Made by a program: the position numbers and the translations under genes. Below, piece by piece: positions 19,476 to 30,600 of a stretch of 64,000 nucleotides of DNA. This DNA comes from Longimicrobiales bacterium (GTDB lineage Bacteria > Gemmatimonadota > Gemmatimonadetes > Longimicrobiales > Gaopeijiaceae). Numbering within the stretch: the first letter of the stretch is position 1; every line of letters starts with the position of its first letter. The stretch covers positions 2,304,001-2,368,000 of the forward strand of contig OZ242008.1 in NCBI GenBank assembly GCA_965204735.1, read 5' to 3'. Below the pieces are notes generated by a model that was given only the letters and a program-made list of their open reading frames with translations, searched no databases and was not told where the DNA came from.

Positions 19476-22433
19476 GTGACGACCGACGGCGTGCTTGCCG
19501 TTGCGGCAGGCGTTCCCGGGTTCGGAAGCCTTCGGGGACACAGGGAGGAAGCCGCGGCGGCAGGGCTGTCCCGGTTGCGCGACGCGGCCGAGCGAACGGG
19601 AAGGACGGCTCTCGGGGAGGCCTTGGGGTCCCCCGAGGGCCGGGTCTTCTTCTCGTTTCTGCTGGGCAACAGCCCCTACCTGACTCGACTGCTCCTCCGG
19701 GACCTGGAGTTCTCCCAGAGCCTGGTGGAGGATTCGCCGGACGCCGTGGTCGGCAGGATTCGGAACGAGCTGGCGGAGGCCGATCCGACGATGGGCCGGG
19801 ACGAGCTCATGAAGTTCCTGCGCTTCCAGCGGAGCCGGGTGGCCGTGGTCGCGGCGGCGTGGGACTGCTTCGGCGTCGCCGACGTCATGGAGTGCTGCGC
19901 GCTCCTCTCGGACATGGCCGACCACGCCGTCCGCCTGGCCGTCTCCCACCTGCTGCTGGACCGGGTGCGGCGCGGCGAGATGAAGCTGCCCGAGGAGGAG
20001 TCGCCCGGAGGCAGCAGGCGCTGGGGGTACTTCGCGCTGGCCATGGGCAAGCACGGCTCCCGCGAGCTCAACTACTCCTCCGACGTCGACTTGGTGGTGC
20101 TCTACGACCCCGATGCCGTGGAGTACACCGGCTCGCGGAGCCTGCGGGACTGCTTCGTCCGGGTCACCCGCGACCTGGCCCGCATCCTCCAGGCGCGCAC
20201 CGCCGACGGATACGTCTTCCGCACGGACCTGCGCCTCCGTCCCGACGCGTCGTCCACCCCTCCGGCGATCGAGGTGGAGTTCGCGCTGAACTACTACAAC
20301 ACCTTCGGGCGCACCTGGGAGCGGGCCGCCCTGATCAAGGCGCGCCCCGTGGGCGGGGACCTGGAGGCGGGCGCGGCGTTCCTGTCGCGGCTGTCGCCCT
20401 TCATCTGGGACGAGGGACTCGATTTCACTTCGGTGGAGGAGATCCGCTCGATGAGTCAGCAGATCCACGACTTCCACGGCCACGGCGCCGTCTCGGCGGC
20501 AGGTCACGACGTGAAGCTGGGACGCGGCGGCATACGCGAGATCGAGTTCTTCGTCCACATGCACCAGCTGGCCTACGGAGGGCGCAACCGCAGGCTGCGG
20601 GGGGCCGGGCTGCTGGCGATGCTGGAGACGCTGGAGGAGGAGAACCACGTCCTGCCCCGGGAGACGGCCACGCTGCGCAAGAGCTACCTGCTGCTGCGGC
20701 GGGTCGAGCACCGCCTCCAGATGATCAACGACGACCAGACCCAGAAGCTCCCCGAGACGGCGGACGGGCTGGAGCACGTGGCCGCGTTCATGGGGCTTTC
20801 GTCCGCCGAAGAGCTGTCGGGGATGGTCGAGCGCTCGGCCGATCAGGTCCACGACCTCTACCGCACCCGCTTCAACGTCCCCGAGAGCGAGCAGGACATC
20901 ACCGCCACGATCCTGGAGGGTCCCGAGGGCTCCTCCGACGCCGTGGCGAAGCTGGAGGCCGCCGGATTCGTCCGGGCCCTCACCGCCGTGGAGATATTCC
21001 GGGGCTGGGCCGAGGGCCGCTACGAGGCCACGAGCACGGAGCGCGCGCGGACGATCGTCCGGGAGATCCTCCACGAGATCATCGCCGCGCTGGGCAAGAC
21101 CCCCGACCCGGACCGGGCGCTCGCCCGGATGGACAAGTTCCTGGACGCCCTCCCCGAAGACGTCTCCTTCTTCTCCATGCTTCGGGCCAACACCTGGCTC
21201 CTCAACCTCATCGCCGTCGTGATGGGAAGCGCCCCCCGGATCGCGGACACGCTGGGCGCCCACCCTCGTCTGCTGAAGGCGGTGCTGGACCCGTCGTTCT
21301 TCCTGCCGCTTCCCGACCGGGCATCCCTCGTCGCGGAGCTGGAGGAGCAGCTGGAGGAAGTGGCGGGCGCCGAGGAGCGGAGCGCCCGAACGGCGGCGTG
21401 GGCGGACGACCGCCGCTTCCAGGTCGGCGTCCAGACGTTGCAGAACCTGGTCACCGTGGACGAGGCGTCCACGTCCCTCTCCCACATCGCCGAGGTGTCG
21501 ATAGAGGTTCTGCTGCGGGACGTGCTGGCCGAGCTTCGGGAGCGCCACGGCGAGGTGCCGGGAAGCTCGTGCGCCGTGGTGGCGATGGGCAAGCTGGGCG
21601 CCCTCGAGATGACCTTCGAGTCGGACCTGGACCTCCTCTTCGTCGCCGACGTGGAGGACGAGTCGCGGGAGAGCCTGGGACCCAAGCCCGTCGAGGCCCG
21701 GCGCTTCTACGCCCGGGCGGCGCAGCGGCTGATCGCCGCCCTCCAGACCCGGTCGGCGGCCGGCAAGCTCTACGAGGTGGACATGCGGCTGCGGCCTTCG
21801 GGCGAGAGCGGACCGCTGGTGACCACGCTTCGCGCCTTCCGCGAGTACCACGCAGGAGCTGCCTGGACGTGGGAGCACATGTCGCTCACCCGGGCCCGGG
21901 TCGTGGCGGGGGACCCTGCGGCGGTAGCGGCTGCGGAGGCCGAGATCCGGAGGGTCCTGACCCGCGACCGCGACCCGGACGAGCTGCTCCGGGACGTGGC
22001 GCAGATGCGTCGGCGGGTCGCCGCCGAGTACCCGTCCACCGAGCCCTTCGAGCTCAAGTACGTGCGGGGCGGACTTGTGGACTTGGAGTTCGTCGCCCAG
22101 TATCTTCAGTTGCTCCATGCGAAGCACGACCCCCAGGTGTTGGCCGGGGGAACCGTTGCATGCTTGCGGGCCCTTGCAGGCGCGGGATTCCTGGACGCCG
22201 AAGAAGCCGAGTTCTTGGCCGACGCGGTTGGAATGCAGCGTGCCATCCAAGCGATCTTGAGGCTCGCATGGAGCGGAAGCGACTCGGTGCGTTCGGCCCC
22301 GAAGGCACTTCGCAGCAAGCTGGCCAACGCCCTCGAATGCGACGACTTCGACGAGCTGGAGTCGAAGCTGCGGGGCACGCAGGAGAAGGTGCACGAAGCC
22401 TTCCGTCGCCACCTCGGCCGGGAGGTCGAATGA
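19476..22433 (+). CDS. glnE: Bifunctional glutamine synthetase adenylyltransferase/adenylyl-removing enzyme
   Basis: Two NT domains: MGKHGSRELNYSSDVDL..DLRLRPD..WERAA..KLGRGGIREIEF and MGKLGALEMTFESDLDL..DMRLRPSG..GGLVDLEF. Start approximate. Confidence 0.96.
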   Translation: MTTDGVLAVAAGVPGFGSLRGHREEAAAAGLSRLRDAAERTGRTALGEALGSPEGRVFFSFLLGNSPYLTRLLLRDLEFSQSLVEDSPDAVVGRIRNELAEADPTMGRDELMKFLRFQRSRVAVVAAAWDCFGVADVMECCALLSDMADHAVRLAVSHLLLDRVRRGEMKLPEEESPGGSRRWGYFALAMGKHGSRELNYSSDVDLVVLYDPDAVEYTGSRSLRDCFVRVTRDLARILQARTADGYVFRTDLRLRPDASSTPPAIEVEFALNYYNTFGRTWERAALIKARPVGGDLEAGAAFLSRLSPFIWDEGLDFTSVEEIRSMSQQIHDFHGHGAVSAAGHDVKLGRGGIREIEFFVHMHQLAYGGRNRRLRGAGLLAMLETLEEENHVLPRETATLRKSYLLLRRVEHRLQMINDDQTQKLPETADGLEHVAAFMGLSSAEELSGMVERSADQVHDLYRTRFNVPESEQDITATILEGPEGSSDAVAKLEAAGFVRALTAVEIFRGWAEGRYEATSTERARTIVREILHEIIAALGKTPDPDRALARMDKFLDALPEDVSFFSMLRANTWLLNLIAVVMGSAPRIADTLGAHPRLLKAVLDPSFFLPLPDRASLVAELEEQLEEVAGAEERSARTAAWADDRRFQVGVQTLQNLVTVDEASTSLSHIAEVSIEVLLRDVLAELRERHGEVPGSSCAVVAMGKLGALEMTFESDLDLLFVADVEDESRESLGPKPVEARRFYARAAQRLIAALQTRSAAGKLYEVDMRLRPSGESGPLVTTLRAFREYHAGAAWTWEHMSLTRARVVAGDPAAVAAAEAEIRRVLTRDRDPDELLRDVAQMRRRVAAEYPSTEPFELKYVRGGLVDLEFVAQYLQLLHAKHDPQVLAGGTVACLRALAGAGFLDAEEAEFLADAVGMQRAIQAILRLAWSGSDSVRSAPKALRSKLANALECDDFDELESKLRGTQEKVHEAFRRHLGREVE

Positions 22434-22909
22434 GGGAAGGCCGAGCCGGGAGAAGCAGCTGCGTGGGTCCCAAGGTGAAGACGGACGTCAAGCTGGACGA
22501 GGCCGAACCGAGGCGCGTGGTCAAGCTCTTCGAGCACTTCGCAGCCGAGCACGGATTGCCCGTCGAGATGGTGCAGCGCTTCGAGCTGGCTCTGGACGAG
22601 GTCTTGACCAACGTGGTGAGCTACGCCTTTCCCGACGGCGCCGAAGACCCCAGCGTCAGGGTGACGATGCAGATGGACGACGCGTGGCTGAAGGTTCGGG
22701 TCCAGGACAACGGACCCGAGTTCGACCCGCTCCACGATGCTCAGGAGCCCGATCTTTCCCTCGACGCCGAAGAGCGCCCCATTGGGGGCCTCGGCATCTT
22801 CCTCGCCAAGACGTTCGTCCATACGCTCACCTACGAGCGAGTGGACGGATGCAACCGCCTTACCCTCTCACAGCCCCTGGAGGCTCCCTCGGAGAACGCC
22901 AATCCATGA
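22430..22909 (+). CDS. Anti-sigma factor/serine kinase (RsbW/SpoIIAB-like HATPase_c_2)
   Basis: LALDEVLTNVVSYA, QDNGPEFDP, RPIGGLGIFL, YERVDGCNRLTL; ATG overlaps the glnE stop (ATGA). Confidence 0.92.
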   Translation: MREGRAGRSSCVGPKVKTDVKLDEAEPRRVVKLFEHFAAEHGLPVEMVQRFELALDEVLTNVVSYAFPDGAEDPSVRVTMQMDDAWLKVRVQDNGPEFDPLHDAQEPDLSLDAEERPIGGLGIFLAKTFVHTLTYERVDGCNRLTLSQPLEAPSENANP

Positions 22910-23238
22910 AAGTGACCACGACGCATTCCGGGAACACGGCGGTGGCCGCCGTGAACGGCCGGGTCGACTCCGCCAACGCGAAGGACCTGGACCAGGAACT
23001 CAGCACCATCATCGAAGGGGGCGTCAACCACCTGGTGGTCGACTGCTCCGAGCTGAGCTACATCAGCAGCGCCGGCCTCCGCGCGCTCCTCGTCGCCATC
23101 AAGAAGACCAACGCGGCCGGCGGAGGCGTGGCGATGTGCCAAGTCCCGCCGCACATCCGCGAGGTGCTGGAGGTCAGCGGCTTCACGCGCCTGACCAAGG
23201 TCTTCGACACCTCGGCGGAAGCCGAAGCCAGCTTCTAG
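22906..23238 (+). CDS. STAS-domain anti-anti-sigma factor (RsbV/SpoIIAA-like)
   Basis: GRVDSANA, VDCSELSYISSAGLR (phosphoacceptor Ser motif), EVLEVSGF; ATGA overlap. Confidence 0.93.
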   Translation: MKVTTTHSGNTAVAAVNGRVDSANAKDLDQELSTIIEGGVNHLVVDCSELSYISSAGLRALLVAIKKTNAAGGGVAMCQVPPHIREVLEVSGFTRLTKVFDTSAEAEASF

Positions 23239-23269
23239 CCTAGCCTGGCTCCGGCGCGCCAGCAGCTTT

Positions 23270-23420
23270 CTAGCTCCGGCGCCCCCCGGCTGGCGCCCCT
23301 TTGCGGCGGGCAGCTTGCGGGCGCCGGCCCCCCGGCTGGCCCCTTTGCGGCGGGCGGCTTTCTGGCTCCGGCCCCCCGGCTGGCACCCCTTTGCGGCGGG
23401 CAACTTGCGGGCGACCGCCC
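23270..23420. repeat. Three imperfect ~46-bp tandem repeats between convergent genes
   Basis: Core CCCCGGCTGGC(N)CCCCTTTGCGGCGGGC(RR)CTT at about 23284, 23330 and 23374. Confidence 0.85.
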
Positions 23421-23463
23421 CTGGGAGATGGAGCCGGGGGACCCGGAAGAAGCCAGGGGACCC

Positions 23464-24531
23464 CTAGAAGAAGGTGAACGCCTGCACCTTGAAGGACCAC
23501 TCGGTCTGGTTCTCTATCGTCCGATAGAAGTCCAGGTTGGCCGAGATGCCGTTCCTGCCCGCGGCGTACAGCATGACCCCTGGCGTGACCACCAGACCGC
23601 TCACGTTCGCGCCTTCGTCGTTCTCGGTGCGGGCCCAGCTCAGCCGGAAGAGGGGCTCGACTCCCGCGAAGGCCCGGTCCTCCGCCAGGGGCACGTACCA
23701 CAGCCCCATGACCTGGAAGGCCGAGAAGCCCGCCTCGTCGTTCACCTTCCAGTTCCGGCCGGTTGTGCCGTTCACGAGGAGGTGGGGGCCGTCGCGCCAC
23801 GTGCCGACCTCCAGCTCCATGCCGTAGGCGGGAACCCGCAGCGTCTGGTCCTCGGAGCCCAGCGTCTCGTCCATGGCCGCGTACGCGGACAGCCGACCGC
23901 GGTCGCCGAAGAAGTAGGAAAGCCGGCCTGACGCGGACTTGGCGTTGTTCACGTCCTTCTTGCTGATGCCCTGGCCGTTGGTCAGGGTGAAGCGGTATCC
24001 CAAGCGGCGGTTCGCGAACCGCCCGGTGGCGAGGATGCCGGGTTCGTAGCCGTCCAGGCCCAGGCTGAAGGTCAGCTTGCCGAACGAGCACACGCCCCCC
24101 ACGCCGGGACACTCGTCGATGCCGGTGACCCGACCGTCCCGCTCGATCAGGGGCAGGTCGGAGTTGGCCGCGAGCCAGAAGTAGGAGACGGCCCGCTTGA
24201 ACTGGCCGATCTGCAGCTGGAAGGATTCGGAAGGCGTCAGGGCGAGATACGCCTCCAGCGTGGTGGACCCTTGGGCGTCGAACTGGAGGCGTCCCCCCAC
24301 CAGGTCGTTGAGGGAGCCGTCGATGGTGACCCAGGCTCGGCGGATGAAGAAGCTGGACGGCGCGGCGCTGGGGCCCGGCATCTCGTACTGGGCCTGGATT
24401 CGCGCGCCCAGTGTGACACTGGACCCGCTGCGGGCAGTGAAGGTCTGGGCGGCGGAGGGCGCCGCCGCGCCGGCGGCCAGGACCATCGCTGCCAGAACGC
24501 CGGCCGAGTGTCGAAGGGCACGGTGGGTCAT
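23464..24531 (-). CDS. Outer-membrane porin (OprO/OprP-like)
   Basis: Signal peptide ending PSAA-Q; FFIRRAWV, IGQFKR; amphipathic strands; C-terminal Phe. Confidence 0.75.
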   Translation of the reverse strand: MTHRALRHSAGVLAAMVLAAGAAAPSAAQTFTARSGSSVTLGARIQAQYEMPGPSAAPSSFFIRRAWVTIDGSLNDLVGGRLQFDAQGSTTLEAYLALTPSESFQLQIGQFKRAVSYFWLAANSDLPLIERDGRVTGIDECPGVGGVCSFGKLTFSLGLDGYEPGILATGRFANRRLGYRFTLTNGQGISKKDVNNAKSASGRLSYFFGDRGRLSAYAAMDETLGSEDQTLRVPAYGMELEVGTWRDGPHLLVNGTTGRNWKVNDEAGFSAFQVMGLWYVPLAEDRAFAGVEPLFRLSWARTENDEGANVSGLVVTPGVMLYAAGRNGISANLDFYRTIENQTEWSFKVQAFTFF

Positions 24532-24630
24532 GGGGGATTCGTCGTCCTTGGGTTGGTCGGGGCGAAGTTGGTGCAGTACCAATCTAGCCCCCGACCTCTC
24601 GCCGGGGCGAATCCGCGGTCAAGCGCGCGC

Positions 24631-27600
24631 CTACTTGAAGGTGATCGTGCCGACGACTCCGACGCGGCGTTCCGGGGGCTGGAAGCCGTCGGCCGCCTGC
24701 TCGCCGAAGAAGTCCATCACCAGGCGGAGGCCGGGGTCCTGCTCGGCGGTTTGGCCGCCCAGAGTGGCCCATTGCGTCCCCACATTCAGGCGGTAGCCGG
24801 CCGCGCCCTCGCGGCTCCAGCGGCCGAACGGCTTGATCCGACCGCCGCCGGGCAGCACCAACCCGTAGCCGACCTCCATCGCCAGGCGGGACGGGGCCCA
24901 GCCCCGGGCGTCCTGGGTCGCTCCGAAGCCGTGGGCGGACGGGAAGCCGTGGGCCGGCCCGACGCCGTGGCTCGGGGGACCGCCGTGGCCAGTGGGGCCG
25001 CCGTGGCCGGTGGGGTCGTGGCCGGTGGGGCTGCCGTGGCCGGTGGAACCTCCCTGACCGGTGGGGCTGCCGTGGCCGGCTTGGTCGCCGGCGGCGGGCA
25101 CGGTGCTGCCGGGCTGCACCGCCGGACCCGGCGCGCCCAGGCCCGGCACGCCCGCGCTGCGCCACACGTCGCCGCCGCCCTGCCACAGCGTCTGCGCGCC
25201 CCCCGAAGCATTGCCCCACGACGGCTCCAGCGAGAACGACAGCCCGCCGTCTTCGCGGCCGGGCTGGACCCGCAGCGCCACCGCCGCGCCCCACTCCTTG
25301 AAGTTCCGGTCCTGGTGGATCAGCAGCATCCGGCCTCGCGCGTCCAGGCTCAAACCGCTGCCCGCGTGCACCAACCCCAGCTCGGCGCCCGCTTCGGCCC
25401 CCATCCCCGTCTCCGCGTCGCCACCGTCGTAGCGACCGCCCACCTCGATGCGCGTGCGCATGGCGACGCTGCCGCTCGTCCACTGCCCGCCCAGCTCGGG
25501 CGCCAGCCGCACCCGCTGCGCGCCAGCCGTCACCGCCGCCACGTGCACGTCCGACGCGTCCGTCATCATGCGCACCGCGAAGGCGTCGGCCTTCAGCGCC
25601 AAGCCGCCCACCAGCCGCTGGCGCACGCCCAGCGCGCCCATCCGCATCCGCAGGTCGGCGTCGTAGGTGGGAGGACCCATCTCGCCCACGTTGGCGGCGC
25701 CCCGCCCCGCGCCGGCCAAGCCCCAGATGCCGAAGCCGCCCTGGGACGACCAGCTGGCGTAGGGGTAGAGGCTGTTCAGGTGGGCCTTCGTCTTGCCCAC
25801 GCCGTTGATCCCGCTCTCGTAGTTCGCCGCCATGTCGCTGCGCGAGCCGGCCAAGCCCATCAGGAAGCCCGAGCCGAAGCGGTAGTCCAGGCCCAGGTAG
25901 GCCGAGCGGGTGCGGCCGTCCATGGCGAAGTCGTCTTCGGGGCGGCCCTCGAACTCGCCCATGTTGGCCTGGCCCCACAGCGTCCAGCCCGTCTGGGAGG
26001 CCGTCTGCGCCGGGGACGCGCCGGGCGAGGCACTGGCGGAGCTGGCGGCATCGGCGTCGGCGCCGCCCTGGCCGTCGGGCGAGCCGCCGCCGAAGGAGAG
26101 CTGGAACGAGCTCCGGGAGCGGAGGTCGCGGCCTGTCAGCGGGCTGAAGGCGATGCCGCCGTGCGTGCGCTCGGCACGGCCCGCGTCCTCTTCCCGCTGG
26201 CCCTGGTACGAGCCGCCCTGGCCGAGGGCGCCGCTCGGGGCGCCGCCCAAGCCCGCTGCGCCGTCGCCGAAGAAGATGGCGGCCAAGTCCAGCGTTCCGC
26301 CCGGGGTGCCGCCGGGTCCCGACCCGGCGGTGCCCGGATGGGTGACCTGGAGGCCCAGCAGCCCGGTTGCGTCCCGCACCAGCGACTCGAGTCCGCAACG
26401 ACCGCCCGAAACGCCCCCACCCCAGCCCGCACCGGCGTGGGACGAGGCCGTGCCGTCGAACGCGACGCCCGCGCCACGGCCGCCACCGAACGCGACGCAG
26501 CTCAGCGAGCGCCCGCCCAGCTGCACGTGCGAACGGCCCCGCGAACCCGACGACTCCAGACCCAACCGACCGCCGATCGCGTCGACCGTCTCCGTTCCCA
26601 GCGATCGTCCGAACGCCGCCAGCGTCAGCTTCAACGCCCGCGCCCGATCCGCACGCGACGCCGACACCGTCACGCTCGCCTGTTGCGTCGCCGTCAGCCC
26701 GCCCGCATCCGTCGCCGTCACCGTCACCACCGTCGCGCCGATCTCCCGCGGCGCCACCGACAGCCGTCCCGCGCCCGACACCGACGCGGCCGCCACGCTC
26801 GGCGACGACGACACCACCACGTAGCTCAGCGCGTCGCCGTCCGGGTCCCGGAAGTACTCGCCCAGACCTACCTCCCACGGCGCACCGCCCACCTCCAGCA
26901 CCGGCGGCGACAGCGAGCCCACCGCCTCCGGCCCCTCGTTCACGTTCAGCAGCGTCACCACGACCGCAGCCTCGGCCGTTAGACCGCCGCCGTCCGTCAC
27001 CCGCACCACCAGCGCGAACTCCGGTGGACCGTCCTCGTAGTTCTCGCCGGCACCCACGTAGCGCACACGCCCGCTGGCCCCGTCCACCTGGAAGCGGCCC
27101 GCGTCGCCCTGCGCCAAGCTGTACGTCAGCACGTCGCCGCGGTCCGGGTCCGTCGCCTCGACCCGTCCCAGCTCCCGAGGCCCGCGCACGTTCTCCGCCA
27201 GATCGAAGGCGTACGCAGAGTCCACGAACGCGGGCGCCTCGTTCACGTCCAGCAGCAGCACCCTCACCTTCGCCACCGCCGCCAACCCCGCCCGGTCCGT
27301 CGCCACCACCTCGAACTCCCAGCCCTCAGGACCCGTCTCCGCGTCCTCGCCAGCGCCCACGTACCGCACCACCCCGCTCGACTCGCCCACGTCGAACAGC
27401 GCCGCGCTCGCGCCGCTCAAGCTGTAGCGCAGCGTGTCGCCCGCGTCCACGTCCGTTGCCTCGACCGCGCCGAGCTCCACCGGGCCCGCCACGTGCTCCG
27501 CCAGCTCCCACTCCCAGATCGACTCCACGAACACCGGGCCCTCGTTCCGGTCCTCGAGCGTCACCACCACTCGGGTCCGCGCTGTCAGGCCGCCTCGGTC

Positions 27601-30600
27601 CGTCGCCGTCACCTCCAGCTCCCAGCTGCCCGGGCCCGTCTCCGCATCCTCGCCTGCGCCCACGTACTGCACCGCACCGCTCGTCGCGTTCACCTTGAAC
27701 CGCTCGGCGTCGCCCGCCGTCAGCGCGTACGACAGCCAGTCGCCAGCGTCCGGGTCCGTCGCCCGAACCTCGCCCAGCAGCAGCGGACCGCGAGCGTTCT
27801 CCGCCAGATCGAAGGCGTACGCAGAGTCGGCGAACGCTGGCCCCTCGTTCACGTTCGTCAACTTCACCGCGACGACCGCCCGCGCGCTCGAACCCGCCAG
27901 GTCCGTCGCCGCCACCTCCAGCTCCCACGACTTCGGTCCCGCGCCCTCGTAGTCCTCGCCCGAGCCCACGTACCGCACCGCGCCCGTCGCGCCGTCCACC
28001 TCGAAGCGGTCCGCGTCGCCCGCCACCAGCCGGTACGTCAGCGTGTCGCCCTCGTCCAGGTCCACCGCCTCCGCCACGCCCAGCGCCAGCGGCCCCGCAA
28101 CGTTCTCCGCCATGGCGAAGGCGTACCGCTCCGCCGTGAACACCGGCGCGTCGTTCACGTTCACCAGCCGCACCGTCACCGTCGCATCGCCCGTCCGCTC
28201 CCCGTCGTCCGCCGTTGCGCGCACGATCATCACGAACTCCGAACGCGACTCCGCGTCCTCGCCCGTCCCCACGTACCGCACCTCGCCGGTGCGAGCGTCC
28301 ACCTCGAAGAGACCTTCGTCGCCCGCCGCCAGCGAGTACGCCACCTCGCCGCCGAAGGGGTCCGTCGCACTCACCGTCCCCACCACCACCGGCCCCGACT
28401 CGTCCTCCGTCAGCTCGAACTCGTACTCCGCACGACCGAACACCGGGTCCGTGCCCCCGGCCCCGTTCACTTGGTGCTCCTCCAGGTTCTCCACCGCGTA
28501 GCTGCCCAGGTCCAGCGCCGCCGCCGTCGTCCCGCCCGCGATCCGCAGTGCGCCGCCTGCCGCAGTCAGCGCGTCGGCCGGGATGCTGATCCCGTCCTCG
28601 TCCCGGTCCGCAGGCTGCACCACGTACTCGAACACCAGCACCGGCGTGCCCGAGCCCGACACGTAGCTCGCATGACGCACGGCCGTCCCGATCTCGATCG
28701 CCAGCCGCACCGGAGCCGTCGCAGCCGACATGTGGCCCGCCTGCTGCGGCGCCCCCGCCACCTCCACCGGCCTGCTGAACGTCACCGCCACCCGGATCAC
28801 GCTGCGCGGACCGTACAGTCCGCTCGCGCCCGGCGTGCTCGTCACCGCCAACCCCACCACCACGGGCACCGCCTCCACCGTGCCGTTCACCTTGTCGTTC
28901 GCCGCCGCCGCGATCGCGTGGCTGCCCAACGCCAGAACCGCCGGACGAACCCCGTCCGCCGTGTTCACGATCGTCGCGCCGTTCAGCGTCAGCGCGGCAG
29001 CCGCCACGCCCACGCCGTCCGCGTCAGCGTCCACGCCGCCCGTCCCGCTGCCGCCACTGCCCGCGCCCTGCACGCGGTACGCGAACGACAGCGTCGCCGT
29101 GCCGCTGCCGCCCACGTAGCTCGCCTGACGCGTCGCCGTGCCCACCGTCAGCGCCAGCTGCGGCGCGCCCGTCACCGTCACCGCACGGTCGAACGTCACC
29201 TGCACCTCGATCCGCTCGCCCAGGCCGTAGGTGTCGCCGCTCTCCGGCGTGCTCGACACCGCGACGCCCGTCACCGACGCGCCCGCCAGCGTGCCGTCCA
29301 CCTTGTGGCCCGCAGCCGCGCTCAACGCATGGCTGCCCAGTCCCAACGCCGCTGCCGTCGAGCCGTCCCGGGCGTCGTTGATCGCCCCGCTGTTCAGCGC
29401 CAGCGCGCTCGCGCCGACTTCGATCCCGTCCGTGTCCGCGTCCGCAGCCACCACCGTGTAGTGGAACGTCAGCGTGTACGTGCCCGTCCCGCTCGCGTAG
29501 TCCGCCTGCCGCGTCTGCGCGCCCACCGTCAGCGCCACCTGGGGCGTGCCCGTCACCGCCACCCGACGGTTGAACGTCACCTGAACCTCGATCTGCTCGC
29601 CCCGACCGTACGTCGTCGCCACCGCCGGCGAACTCGTCAGCGACACGCCCGACACCGACGCCGCCGTGAACGTCCCGCCCGCGACCTTGTGGCCCGCGCT
29701 GTTCGTCACCGCGTGCGCGCCCAGCCCCAGAACCGCGTCCACCGCCCCGCCCGCCACGTCGATCATTCCGCCGTTCAGCGCCAGCGCGCTCGCGCCGATG
29801 CTCAACCCGTCCGCGTCCACGTCCGCCGTCACCACCACGTACCGGAACACCAACGACGCCGTGCCCGTCCCCGATGCGTAACCCGCCTGCCGGGTCTGCG
29901 TCCCGACCGTCAGCGCCAGCTGCGGCGTGCCCGTCACGTCCACACCCTTGTTGAACGTCACCGTCGCAACCACCGTGTCGCCCCGCTCGAAGGTGTCGCC
30001 GATCGGCGGCGACGCGATCGACACACCGCTCACCCCCGGCGGGCCCTGGGCACCGTCCACACGGTGGCCCGTGCTGTTCGATATCGCGTGGCTGCCCAGC
30101 CCCAGGCTCGCAGCCGTCGAACCGTCGCGCGCGTCCGAGATCGTCCCGCCGTTCAGCGCCAGCGCGCTCGCGCCGATGCTGATGCCGTCGGTGTCCGCGT
30201 CCGCAGCCGCCACCGTGTAGCGGAACGTCAGCACGCCGCCGCCCGCCGCCACGCTCGTCGCCGAATCGTACGCCGCCTGCCGCGTCTGGCTCCCGATTGT
30301 CAGTGCCAGCTGGGGCGCGCCCGTCACCGTCACGTTGCGGTCGAACGTCACCTCCACCTCAATCTCCTCGCTCAACCCGTACGTGCTCGCGCCCGCCGGG
30401 CTGCTCGTGATCGTCACGCCGCTCACCGACGCCGCCGTGAACGTCCCGCCCGCAACTCGCAACGCGCCGTCGTTGCTGATCGCATGATGCGCCAAGCTCA
30501 GCAAGGCGTCCGTCGTACCGCCCGCCACGTCGATCGTACCCCCGTTCAGCGCCAGCGCGCTCGCGCCGATGCTCAACCCGTCGGTGTCCGTGTCCGCCGT

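Noticed and set aside
23270..23420. Possible CRISPR mini-array
   Set aside because: Intervening segments are short and similar to each other rather than unique spacers, and no cas genes are present.
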